From: Raja brachyura
Lineage: Eukaryota
Direction of reading: 5' to 3'
DNA length: 64,000 bases
Assembly: GCA_963514005.1 (NCBI GenBank)
Contig: OY740802.1
Coordinates: 27,590,001 to 27,654,000 of the forward strand
The notes beneath the pieces are model-generated. The model saw nothing but the letters and a program-made list of their open reading frames with translations, searched no databases and was not told the origin of the DNA. Positions 12,268-23,880 of this stretch are shown here, one piece after another. Numbering within the stretch: position 1 is the stretch's first letter; each line of letters opens with the position of its first letter. The position numbers were made by a program, and so were the translations under genes.

Positions 12268-12860
12268 TAGGAGGATGCTTGGAGGCTGCAGGGTGATTTG
12301 GATAGGCTGAGTGAATGGGCAGATGCATGGCAGATGCAGTATAATGGGGATAAATGTGAGGTTATCCACTTTGGTGGCAAAAACATGAGGGTAAACTATT
12401 ATCTGAATGGTGGCAGATTTGGAAAAGGGGAGATGCAACGAGACCTGGGTGTCATGGTACACCAGTCATTGAAAGTAGGCATGCAGGTGCAGCAGGCAGT
12501 GAAAAAAGCAAATGGTATGTGAGCATTCATAGCGAAAGGATTTGAGTATAGGAGCAGGGAGGTTCTACTGCAGTTGTACAGGGTTTTGGTGAGGCCACAC
12601 CTGGAGTATTGCGTACAGTTTTGGTCTCCAAATCTGAGGAAAGACATTCTTGCCATAGACGGGGTACAAAGAAGATTCACCAGACTGATTCCTGGGATGT
12701 CAGGACTTTCATATGAGGAAAGACTGGATAGACTTGGCTTGTACTCGCTGGAATTTTGAAGATTGAGGGGAGATCTTATAAAAACTTACAAAATTCTTAA
12801 GGGGTTGTACAAGCTAGATGCTGGAAGATTTTTCCCGATGTTGGGGGAGTCCAGAACAAG
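12268..12860 (+). mobile_element. CR1 LINE ORF2 fragment
   Basis: [41 protein letters not shown], with stops. Confidence 0.92.
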
Positions 12861-13024
12861 GAGTCCAGAAAAAGAACCAGCCCTGCCATGTGACGACCCG
12901 CACCCTCTCCCCCACTCCTTAATCTCTACCCCCTCCCTCTACCCTCATCCTCTCCCTCTCTAACCGTTCCTGCACAGTTGGGGGCTATGTGTGAGTGGAT
13001 AGGGCGGGGGATCGGGGAAAATAA

Positions 13025-13630
13025 GATAGGAGTAGAATACAGCCATTCGGCCCATCAAGTCCACTTCGCCATTCAATCATGGCGGATCTACTGTATCTCT
13101 CCCTCCTAACCCCATTCTCCTGCCTTCTCCCCACAACCTCTGACACCTGCACTAATCAAGAATCTATCTGCCTTATAAATATCCACTGACTTGGCCTCCA
13201 CAGCCGTCTGCGGCAAAAAATTCCACAGTTTCACCACCCTCTGACCAAAGACATTGCTCCTCACCTCCTTTAATTCTGAGGCTTGGACCTCTAATCTTAG
13301 ACTTTCCCACTAGTGAAACTACCTATACACACCCACTCCATCCAAGCCTTTCACTATGTTCCAATGAGGTCCCCCCCTCATTCTGCTAAAATCCAATGAT
13401 AAATGCTCATCAGAGGTTAACCTATTAATTACTGGGATAATTCTTGTAAACCTCCTCTGGACCCTCTCCAGGGCCAGCACATCCTTCCTCAGATATGGTG
13501 CCCAAAATTACGCACAATATTCCAAATGCAGCCTTACCAGCGCCTCATAAAGCCTCAGCATTACATCCCTGTTTTCGTATACAAGCTCTCTTTAAATAAA
13601 TGCTAGCATTGAGTTTGCTTTCTTTACTAC
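13025..13630 (-). mobile_element. CR1 LINE 3' fragment
   Basis: Homologous to the CR1 3' ends elsewhere in the window (ccattctcctgccttctcccc...). Confidence 0.85.
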
Positions 13631-13717
13631 CATCGTTGGAGATGAGATCACTGCATGCGCCCATTGCCACGTTTCGCGTAACACACACACGTAAGCAAAC
13701 CTTGCATATTGCATTAC

Positions 13718-13788
13718 CTTCCATTTCTTATCTTTCCTCCTCTGAGGAATAAATTTTCCATCGAACAGGTGTGAGAAAGGCCCATGAC
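13718..13788 (-). CDS. SAMHD1: SAMHD1 exon 6 (HGPFSHLFDGKFIPQRRKDKKWK)
   Basis: ccccag/gtaatg boundaries; 71 nt; HGPFSH motif. Confidence 0.96.
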
Positions 13789-14404
13789 CTGGGGAACAAA
13801 AGAAAAGTCAATGTTGAAGGAAGGAACTGCAGATATTGGTTTAAACCGAAGATAGACACAAAATGCTGGAGTAACTCTATGGGACAGGCAGCATCACTGG
13901 ATAGAAAGAATGGGTGGCGTTTCTGGTTGAGACCTTTCAGACTTCTGAAGAAGGGTCTCAACCCGAAACGTCACCCAGTCCTTCTATCCAGGAATGCTGC
14001 CTGTCCCGCCGAGTTATTCCAACATTTTGTCTAAAGGTCAATGTTGAGATGGAAAGACACTTGAATCAGTAGGAGCAGAATTTAAAATGTCATCTCCTCC
14101 AACAGTGTAGCCCACCCTCAACAATGCACAGGGATGAGAGTCCAGGTCACTGTGTCAGGTAACTAGGCCTGGTTGTGTATCATTCTGCCTGGTATACAAT
14201 AAGCTGTTTACTGGATTTGAGGTATTTCCCTTCATCAGTTCAAGGAACAGCATTAGGCCTTTCGGTCCATCAAGTCTACTCCGCCATTCAATCATGGCTG
14301 ATCTATCTTTCCATCTCAACCTCACTCTCCTGCCTTCTCCCCATAACCCAGACACCCTTACTAATCACCCTTATTTCTCTTCCGCTAAAGAGCCACTCCC
14401 TCAC

Positions 14405-14520
14405 CTAGATCGTGGCAGAGTCCGGCGATCTGAACACACAGGATGTCTCGATTGTTAATCCAAAGTTCTGGTTGCCGACCACAGAGTGCTTTGACCAGCT
14501 GTCCTGCCAGATGTGCCACA
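14405..14520 (-). CDS. SAMHD1: SAMHD1 exon 5 ([39 protein letters not shown]; HD motif)
   Basis: cccgcag/gtgagg boundaries; 116 nt; contains the metal-binding CHDLG. Confidence 0.97.
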
Positions 14521-17269
14521 CTGCGGGACAAAGACACAACTATAGAATAAAGACACACAAGCTTTTATTCATTAACAACCTTCAAATGTAGATTTTTCAA
14601 AAAATCGATCCCTCTGTTCAGGTTTATTATTGTCACGTGGACAATCGTCCTGTTTGCATACTATTAAATATCATGAATAAATATGCATAGGGAGCAGCAC
14701 AGTGGCACAGCTGGTACAGCTGTTGGCTCACTGCGCCAGAGACTTGGGTTTGATCTCAACCTGTTGTCTGTGTGGAGTTTGCACTCCCCACCATTGACTC
14801 CACCTACGCAGCCAACATAAAAAAAAGACCTCTCCCAACCCGGTCATTCCTTCTCCTCTCTGTTCCCGTCAAGCATAAAAAACAGCAGCTTGAAAGCACA
14901 TAGTACCAGACTCAGAAACAGCTTACTCCGCTCTACTGTCAGGCTTCTGCACAGTCTTTCCATAAGCTAGGGTATTATCACAAATCTCTAGCCTACATCA
15001 TTATGGCCATTTTCTCTGGTACCTGTTTTCTTGCAGAATATATTCTACACTATCTTTCTCTTTGGTTTACCTTTTGTACTTGTATTTGGCTTGATTGTTT
15101 AGTTTAGCCAAGAGAAACAGCATTGAAATGGTCTATTCGCCACATAGATCAAAGCAATGCCAGAACCCTTAACACAACTACTGGTGAAACAGTTTAGTTT
15201 AGATGCTAATGTTTAGTTTAGAAGCTCAAAGTTAAATAACCTTGTGAAAATTATCCCCTCAAAAAATACATTTAAGGAAAAGCATTGCACGCTGGATGAA
15301 TAAATACTCTCATATAGGAAAGATAGTGCAACCAATACACGCCATATTCCAGAATACCTCACCTGTTGTGTAATAAACCTAAATCTTTCCACTATAACTT
15401 TTTTAGTTTATTTTGGAGATACAGCGCGGAAATAGGCCCTTCGGCACACCGGGTCCGCGCCAACCAGCGATCACCCCGCACATTAACACTATCCCACTAG
15501 GGACAATTTTTACATTTACCAAGCCAGTTAACTTACAAACCTGTACATCTTTGGAGTGTGGGAGCAAACCAAAATTCTCGGAGAAAACACATGCAGGTCA
15601 TGGGGAGAACGTACAAACTCCGTACAGACAGCACACATATTCGGGATTGAACCCGGGTCCGGCGCTGCATTCGCTGTAAGGCAGCAACTCTACCCCTGCG
15701 CCACCGTGAAGGCCCCACTCTGATAAGAGTCGAGATGCTTTGCAGAAAAACAATAAAGCTCTGCACCAGGAGAAGTTTGAAGGAGTAGCTTAAGACTGCA
15801 AATAGGCAACAAAACTGGAGAGGTTGTGGGAGACAATGCTAGATCTTTGCAACTTGGCAGACAAAGAGACAGCCATTAACCTTTGATCAAAGGAATCCAC
15901 ACACTCAGAGATGGGGTGAGACAAAGAGTTCTTGAAAAGGATTAGAGAATGAGAATTTTATAGCAAGATAAAACTCAGATTGCAGACAGATCAGATTTAT
16001 TGGAACAAATAGGTCACAATGCAAGTTAAAATACATGTTGAATGAGGTGGTGGAAGGCGGCTGACCCGCAAACTGGAGGAACTGCACCTCATATTCCTTA
16101 TGAGCACCTTAGGTAGTTTACAACGGAATGAACATTGAAGTCTCCAATTTTAGGTAACCTCGAACTAACTCCCTCCACACCCCTCTCCTTTCTCCCCCAC
16201 ACCCCTTCTTCACACCCCCCCACCTGGACTACCACCTATTTCAAGATGCCCTTGTATTACGTTTGATTTGTAATAACCATCTGTTGTTGAATAAGATTAA
16301 CATAAGCAAAAAGTATGTTATGAATGACTAATGAAATACTTGGTACCAATGTAGTTAATAGAATATTTTCATAGAGTAGTATCTAACAAAGGTTGTTTAC
16401 TGCACAGTATAACAGTCGGCTAATTCTGTTGTGAAGTCAGAGAACTGGTGAGCAGTTTACTGCAGCTATCTCTCCATGATATCATGCAATAAAATCTCGA
16501 AGCGAATCTGCGAAGTCCCCACTTTTCATTGTCCATTCATTTCCCTCTAAATTAATTTCTTCCACACTGCAGGTGCTGTCTGTACGGAGTTTGTAGGTTC
16601 TCCCTATGACCGCGTAGGTTTTCTCCGAGGGCCCCGGTTCCCTCCCACATCCCAAAGACGTGCGGGTTTGTAGGATAATTGGCTTCTGTAAATTGCATCT
16701 AGTGTGTGAAACTAGGATGACATAGAACTAGTGTACGGGTGATCATTGGGCAGCGTGGAATCGGTGGACCAAAGGGCCTGTTTCCACGCTATTTTTCTAA
16801 GCTAAAACTAAACCAAGGGGCACAGAGGAGGAGGTGACTGCATTTGCTCAAAGACCAGTGAAAGTATTTTACAGAAGGACTGGAGTAACTCAGCAGATCA
16901 AGCAGCATCTCTGAAGAACATGGATAGACGATGTTTTGGTTTGAGACCTTTCGTCTCCTCAACTTCAGAGATGCTGCAAGACCCGCTGAGTTACTCCAGC
17001 ACTTTGTGTCCTTTGTGAATTAACCAGAATCTGCAGTTCTTCGTTTCTACAATATTTCCCAGATGAGATGAGAGATTGAAGCCTTCAGTGCACCCTGGCC
17101 AGTCACCTGACAGCAACAAAAGGGCACTGAGCTCGGACTTGGTTACGAAGCTCCCACAGCTCAGAAGATCCACTGAACAAGCATGTGGATGGAGTTACCT
17201 AATCAACTCTGGGGAGATGGACCTCTCTTTGGAGGAGTACTCACCTGCTGGAACCTGGTCAAAGAACAT

Positions 17270-17650
17270 CTCAAATCCACGCCTCATGTTTCGCTTGGGC
17301 AACTTACAGCCCAGCGGTACAAACGTTGAATTCTCTCATATCAAGTAACTCCTGCATTCCCCCTCCCCCCCCCCCCCCCCCCCTAGTCACCCTACCAGTT
17401 TCACTGTTCGAATCCTTGTATCCCTTGTTATCACACATTCCGCATCCAACAATGGTCCATTGAGCTATCTGTTGTCAGCCCCGATCTGTTCTGGTTTTTT
17501 CCCGCCTCCAGATTATTTATCTCCCCCACTATTACTTTCTGTCAGATGAAGGGTTCCGATCCAAAACGCCACCTGTTCTTTATCTCCAGAGACCCAGCTT
17601 TTGTGTCTATCTTCTGTATAAACCAGCATCTGCAGTTCCTTCCTACACGT
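17270..17650 (+). mobile_element. Penelope-like 3' fragment
   Basis: RLMFRLGNLQPSGTNVEFSHIK* followed by the same terminal repeat as the other copies. Confidence 0.75.
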
Positions 17651-17676
17651 TCCAGAACTGCTCGCCCGGTCCTTAC

Positions 17677-17837
17677 CCGATGGAGTGCTCAAAGCGGTTG
17701 TGGGAAGCCCCAGGGTAGACGAAGTAGGCCCCTCCGAGCTGCTTAATGAAGCGGAGTCTCTGGAACTGCGGGGTGTCGATGATGCGGACGAGCAGTGGGT
17801 GCATCTCAATATGGCCATGAATCGGATCGTTGAACAC
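17677..17837 (-). CDS. SAMHD1: SAMHD1 exon 4 ([54 protein letters not shown])
   Basis: Near-identical to the SAMHD1 HD-domain start; cag/gtaagg boundaries; 161 nt. Confidence 0.97.
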
Positions 17838-19284
17838 CTGCAGGGAAGTCAATGCTCTCTGTTCATCTTTTTAAGTGATCTGTAGGAGTCATTGCCTCAG
17901 AAAGATAGCCAGCATCATCAGAGGCCCACACCACCCTGGCCACATCCGTTTCACTCCTGCCATCGGAGTACTGGTACAGGAGCCTGAAAACTGTAACGTC
18001 CAGGTTCAGGAGCAGCTACTTCCCTACAACCATCAGGCTATTAAACATTACAACCTCCAAATAAGCTTCAAACTACATAGACGTGGTGGCATTGTTTTTG
18101 TCTTTGCACTATTATTGTTTTTTTTATTAGTTATTATGGTGTTTACAAAGTTCTATATTTAAATATCTAAGATAGACACAAGGTGCTGGAGTAACTCAGC
18201 GGGTCAGGCAGCATCTTTGGTGAAAACGGATGAACGATGTTTCAGGTCCAGCACCTTCTTTGATATAAACAAACATCTACAGTTTGACCAGGCCCAATAG
18301 CAAACCAATCCCCTTCTCACCTAAACCTATGAACCTTTACCTCTTACCCCCTTCCCCCACATTGTGTTTATGTTTCCCATTAAATTAATCTAGGTAATGT
18401 ATCATTCTCCACACGCTGCCTGGCACGCTGGGTTTTTCCCCCCATCATTTTCCTTTTTTTTGTTCTATCGTGGCTTCTAAGAGAGAGAGAATGGTTCCAC
18501 ATTCCAGAATGAATGGTCCCAATCAGAAATGTCACCTGCCCATTCACTCCTTAGATTCTGCCTGATCCACTGAGTTTGTTCAGCATGCCGTGTTTTGTTC
18601 TACATTCTAACAACCGTCTTTCATTCTTCTTACCGTGAAGCAAAGATCTTATTTTCTGTTCCCTTATCAATGACAACACCTTCACCGTTGAACCCCCTTC
18701 ATTCATAAAGATGGCGTCCAATTGACATGCCCAACCCCCTTTTCTGGGGAGCTGTGAGCCCCTGCCTTTGCCAGGAGCTCTAACCGCACTAGATTAATTG
18801 CAGTCTAACAGTCCCTCATTCATGCATGGACACCCACCTTTTAAAAGGTTTTAAACTTCTTTAGACTTTAGATATAGTGTGGAAGCAGCCCCTTTGGCCC
18901 ACCGAGACCATGCTGACCAGCGATCACCTCGTGCATTTGCACTATCTTACACACTAGCGACAATTTACAAGTTTTTTCACCATAGCCAATTAACCTGCAA
19001 ACTTCTGTGTCTTTGGAGTGTGGGAGAAACTGGAGCACCCGGAGAAAACCCACGCAGTCACGGAGAAAATAAAAACTTCATGCAGAGAGCACCTGTAATC
19101 AGGATCAAAACCAGGCCCCTGGCGCCGTAAGGCAACAACTCTACTGACATGCAACTATCACTTGGGTGCAGTCACAAGATATTTGAAGGCTCTGCATGCC
19201 GTCACTTCTCCTGTGACTGCGCCCAAGTGATAACCAACCAAAACCCAGTGATGGTTTAATGCCCCGTCAGAAGTATCATCTTAC

Positions 19285-19354
19285 CTTTGCGTCAATAGGG
19301 TTCTGCCAGAGTGTATTAATGCACTTGATCAGTTTTAATCGGTCTCCCAGGACT
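19285..19354 (-). CDS. SAMHD1: SAMHD1 exon 3 (RVLGDRLKLIKCINTLWQNPIDAK)
   Basis: atatag acceptor, gtaaga donor, 70 nt, phase 2 to 0; LG.R.KL SAM-domain end motif. Confidence 0.9.
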
Positions 19355-19854
19355 CTATATCGACAATAAAACAGAAACAATAGTTACCTCCCAGGCAATG
19401 CAAAGACTCAGATATACCACAGAGTACATCCCTCACCATCCATTTGGATCAGCAGCACCATTACAAAGCTGGCAAAGCCACCGTCTCACTGCTCCAGGTT
19501 CAATCCCGATCTCTGATGCTATGTGGAGTTTGCACATTACCTGTGACCACATGGGCTTCCTCCAGTTGCTCTGATTTCCTCCCACACCCCCAAGACAGAC
19601 AGGTGGTTACTATAACGTTGATGGGAAAGTAGATTGCATAACGATTGATGTAAATGCGTGCTCGATAGTCAGCACAACTCAGTGGCCCGATCTGCCCGTT
19701 TGAACGACTCTTAAGACCATTGTTTCTTTGCTCCCTCTGCACCCCTCTAGTAACTATTTAGGGAATCAAAGCACACCACAGACTTTGAACTATTGGCAAT
19801 AATTTTTTTAATTGAGATAGAAAAATTAATACAGACGAGAATTCCATCTGTTTT

Positions 19855-21060
19855 AGACAATAGGTGCAGGAGTAGGCCATTCGGCCCTTCGAGCCACCAC
19901 CGCCATTCAATGTGATCATGGCTGATCATCCCCAATCAGTACCCCGTTCCTGCCTTCTCCCCATATCCCCTGACTCCGCTATCTTTAAGAGCCCTATCCA
20001 GCTCTCTCTTTAAATCATCCTGAGAACCTGCCTCCACCGCCCTCTGAGGCAGAGAATTCCACAGACTCACAACTCCCTGTGAGAAAAGGTGTTTCCTCGT
20101 CTCCGTTCTAAATGGCTTACCCCTTATTCTTAAACTGTTGTCCCTGGTTCTGGACTCCCCCAACATCAGGAACATGGTTCCTGCCTCTAGCATGTCCAAA
20201 CCCTTAACAATCTTATTTGTTTCAATAAGATCTCTCTCATCCTTCTAAACTCCAGAATGTACAAGCCCAGCCGCTCCATTCTCTCAGCATATGACAGTCC
20301 CGCCATCCCGGGAATTAACCTTGTAAACCTACGCTGCACCCCCTAAATAGCAAGAATGTCCTTCCACAAATTAGGGGACCAAAACTGCACACAATACTCC
20401 ATGTGTGGTCTCACTAGGGCTCTGTACAACTGCAGAAGGACCGTTTGCTCCTATAATCGACTCCTCTTGTTATAAAGGCCAACGTGCCATTCGCTTTCTT
20501 CACTTTCTTCACTGCATGCTTACTTTCATAGACTGACGTACAAGGACCCCCAGATCCCGTTGTACTTCCCCTTTTCCCAACTTGACGCCATTTAGATAGT
20601 AATCTGCATTCCTGTTTTTGCTACCAAAGTGGATAACCTCACATTTATCCGCATTAAACTTCATCTGCCATGCATCTGCCCACTCCCCCAACCTGTCCAA
20701 GTCACGCTGCATTCTCATAGCATCCTCCTCACATTTCACACTGCCACCCAGCTTTGAGTCATCTGCAAATTTGCTAATGTTACTTTGAATCCCTTCATCC
20801 AAATCATTGATGTATATTGTAAATAGCTGGGGTCCCAGCACCGAGCCTTGTGATACCCCACTAGTCACTGCCTGCCATTCTGAAAGGGACCTGTTAATCC
20901 CCACTCTCTGTTTCCTGCCTGCCAACCAAATTTCTATCCATTTCAGCACTCTACCCCAATACCATGTGCCCTCATTTTGCCCACTAATCTCCTATGTAGG
21001 ACTTTATCAAATGCTTTCTGAAAGTCCAGGTACACTACATCCACTGGCTCTCCCTTGTCC
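19855..21060 (-). mobile_element. CR1 LINE, 5'-truncated (RT C-terminal half and 3' end)
   Basis: SGVSQGSVLGPQLFTIYINDL...KFADDSKLGG; 3' end RGYGEKAGTGY*. Confidence 0.95.
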
Positions 21061-21064
21061 GTTT

Positions 21065-21590
21065 TCTGATGGAGGAGCTGCACCTCATGTTTCACTTGAG
21101 CAACTTACCACACAGCAATATAAATATTGACTCCTCTAGTTTCAAGCAACCCTTGCTTTCCTTTTCCGACCAATCTGACTGTCCTGATTAAATTTTATGT
21201 AGGAAGGAACTGCAGATGCTGGTTTAAACCGAAGACCGACACACAAAGCTGGAGTAACTCAGCGGGACAGGCAGCAACTCTGCAGAGAGGGAATGGGTGA
21301 CGTTTCAGGTCGAGACATTAAATTTTATCTTTGTATATGCTTTGTCATCTTTCCCTAGCTAACAATGATCTTTTCTACATTTTCCATGAACTTCATCCCC
21401 TTTGATGTCTCATTTTCACACCTTACCCTTCCATATCCGTCTCCCCCTCTCTCCTGACTATGTCTGAAGAAGGGTATCTACCCGAAACGTCACACATTCC
21501 TTCTTATCCATGCTGCCTGTCCCACTGAGTAACTCCAGCTTTTTGTATCTATCTTCGGTGTAAACCGGCATCTGCAGTTCCTTCCTACAC
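21065..21590 (+). mobile_element. Penelope-like 3' fragment with a hammerhead-like motif (21464-21491) and a nested inverted mini-copy
   Basis: MEELHLMFHLSNL...IDSSSFK-like remnant; attaaattttat is duplicated around the nested copy. Confidence 0.75.
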
Positions 21591-21643
21591 TTTCGGGAAC
21601 CTCTTTGCTGTTCCCAAAGGCCTGAACCAAAAGTTTTGCTTAC

Positions 21644-21710
21644 CTTACACCTGTCTTTTTTAAATCACGTTCTGTCAACATTGGCAAGACATCGCCCGAA
21701 AGCTGTGCAG
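21644..21710 (-). CDS. SAMHD1: SAMHD1 exon 2 (AAQLSGDVLPMLTERDLKKTGV; SAM domain)
   Basis: ctctcattag acceptor, gtaagc donor, 67 nt, phase 1 to 2; SAM-like G..L..L.E..L...GV pattern. Confidence 0.88.
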
Positions 21711-21873
21711 CTAATGAGAGGATTTACAGAAAAATGGAAGTGAAAGCAATATCCAAATAAGAATCATGTCCATGACACATTACCCAGGCAAATATTGCAA
21801 ACACCCTGTTGATTAGTGTGGTTAGCAAGGAGGACATTACATTTTCAAAACTGAGAATTTAGGCATTACATTT

Positions 21874-22530
21874 TTCTTTTGTTAATTTTTTTTATTAATT
21901 AGAAGCAACTACATAATAAAAAGCAGTTTGTTCGTTGTCGACATAATTAAAAGCATTTTCTTCGTTGTAGGCATACATTATCAGTATTATTTATATTAAC
22001 AATTGCATAATAATTGTACTTCTATATATTTTTTTTTTCCATTTTTATAAAGATAGAAATTAATAGAGAAAGGTTAAACAAAAAAAGGATAAAAAGTTAA
22101 GAATGGAATGTTCTATAGATTATGCATCGTTTGAGATATATCTGCGTTTTATGAAATGTACTTCTTCATCTATTCTTTGATTCAGGTTTCAGTCAGGTTC
22201 TCGTGCCGAACCAGTTTGCCCCTTCAAATATTCAATAAATGTGGACCATATTATTTTAAATAGTTCTTGTTTGTCCATTAAGACAAATCTTAATCTTTCC
22301 AAATATAGGGTCTCCGACATTTCTGTAGTCCACATTTTGATTGTGGGAGTTATAGGGCCTTTCCAAAATTGTAATATTAATTTTTCCCCAATTATTAAAC
22401 TATAATCAATAAAAGTTCTTTGATTCGAAGTAATGAGTTGATTTTGTTCTGTTATTCCTAATATTATTAATTTTGAGTCAGGGACCAGTTTGGTATTGAC
22501 GGCTTCTGAAATTATCTTAAAAATTTCCAT
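21874..22530 (-). mobile_element. 5'-truncated L1/Tx1-type LINE (ORF2 C-terminus, 3' UTR, AATAAA and A-rich tail) with a ~178-bp flanking direct repeat
   Basis: ORF 22189-22530 has the L1 ORF2 C-terminal pattern (ILQFWK..P....W..E....LE.....F...W..F..YL). AATAAA at 21896-21891 followed by an A-rich tail. Direct repeats at 21696-21873 and 22531-22910. Confidence 0.85.
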
Positions 22531-22690
22531 CCGAAAGCTGTGCAGCTAATGAGAGTATTTACAGGAAAATGAAAGTGAAAGCAATATCCAAAAAAGAATT
22601 GTAAAAGAAGGAACTGCAGATGCTGGAGAATCGAGGGTACACAAAAAGCTGGAGAAACTCAGCGGGTGCAGCAGCATCTAAGGAGCGAAG

Positions 22691-22727
22691 AAGGTCTGAA
22701 GAAGGGTCTCGACCCGAAACGTCGCCT
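22691..22727 (+). ncRNA. Minimal hammerhead-ribozyme motif (best-preserved example of a dispersed Penelope-associated family)
   Basis: aggt-CTGAAGA-A-GGGTC-tc-GACCC-GAAAC-GTC-gcct: conserved core, 5-bp helix II, minimal helix III, helix I aggu/gccu. Activity is untested. Confidence 0.65.
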
Positions 22728-23564
22728 ATCTCCTTCGCTCCTTAGATGCTGCTGCACCCGCTGAGTTTCTCCAGCTTTTTGTGTACCATCCAAGTAAGAA
22801 TCATGACCATGACACATAGCCCAGGCAAATATTACAAACACCCTGTTGATTAGTGTGGATAGCATGGAGGACATTACATTTTCAAAACTGAGAATTTAGG
22901 CGTTAAATTTAATGGTAAACTTTTCAACCTATATCTCCAGTTCTGAAGGTACACAAAATGCTGGAGAAACTCAGAGGGTGCAGCAGCATCTAAGGAGCGA
23001 AGGAGATAGGCAACGTTTCGGGCCGAAACCCTTCTTCAGACCCTTTCTCCAGTTCTGAAACCCGGTAGTAAACCATGTGTTACCGTGGCGACGCCGTTTC
23101 GGCAGCACACACACCGAGTGCGTTGAACATGTCACTAATATTAGACTCGCCACATTTAATATCGAGGCTTTTGATGAAAATGAAAGGTGTCCCGGAATGA
23201 TCAAAGGGGCGAGAAAAGTCTGAGTGCCCCGCCGTGGCATTCCCAAACACAAGATCATTAATACCAACAAACGTGCAAGGCATTGCACCGAAACGATAAA
23301 TGATGTTTCCAAGTGCTTGCTTCCCTGCTTGCCTTTGCCATGTGTTTGAACTCTTCCGATGAAAATTGCAGGGAAAGGTTGGGATATACAGCAATAACAA
23401 GGAACTGCGGATGCTGGTTTATACCAAAGATAGACAACAAAGTCAGACAGCATCACTGGAGAACATAGATAGACCAGTCCAGCTTCCCCCCCCCCCCCCC
23501 CGCCCCCCCAAAAAAGCCGGCACGGGTGGGAAGGGTTTGCACGATTCTCTGGTTCCATACTTGC

Positions 23565-23736
23565 CTCTAAATAGCTGCTCGAACTTTCCCAAGCCTTGCA
23601 CCCGCAGGAAGAGGCAAACATCCTCTACGGCCCATTCCAGGTAATTCGATTTATTCGGCTGCAAAACTCCCCGCTTGGGGCTGCCTCTGTCAGGGCTGAA
23701 GGATCTCCGTCTCTTGCTGCTTTCGCCCAGGTTCAT
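23565..23736 (-). CDS. SAMHD1: SAMHD1 coding exon 1 (MNLGESSKRRR...WAVEDVCLFLRVQGLGKFEQLFR; NLS-like KRRR and start of the SAM domain)
   Basis: ATG at 23736; 57 codons plus 1 nt. It resembles human exon 1 (KRPR NLS, W..EQVC.FLR). It ends at a GC donor (AG|GCAAGT) in phase 1, the phase exon 2 requires. Confidence 0.88.
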
Positions 23737-23759
23737 CTTGCTCTGAATCTCCGCTGCCA

Positions 23760-23880
23760 GAGCTGCGCCTGCTCGTCGCCTCTGATTGACAGTTGTGGAA
23801 AGCAAAGATCATGGTGGAATATCCCGGGAATCCGGGCCCCGCTCGCTGTCAATCAAACCCAGACACCTCCCATTTAAAGG
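23760..23880 (-). promoter_or_regulatory. Probable SAMHD1 promoter/5' UTR with two inverted TGATTGACAG decamers (23783-23792, 23846-23855)
   Basis: CpG-rich segment directly upstream of the ATG; both decamers match the PBX-PKNOX/MEIS motif exactly. Confidence 0.55.

Noticed and set aside
12268-13630. Inverted CR1 pair as a dsRNA source
   Set aside because: The two fragments look like different, visibly diverged subfamilies, and such pairs are expected at this repeat density.
23080-23400. 106-aa minus-strand ORF as an extra SAMHD1 exon
   Set aside because: No similarity to SAMHD1, and exons 1 and 2 already join in phase.
23555-23560. GT donor (GTATGG) for SAMHD1 exon 1
   Set aside because: It gives phase 0, which would frameshift exon 2.
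23815-23835. STAT (GAS) or NF-kB site in the SAMHD1 promoter
   Set aside because: atcccgggaa and gggaatccgg do not fully match either consensus.
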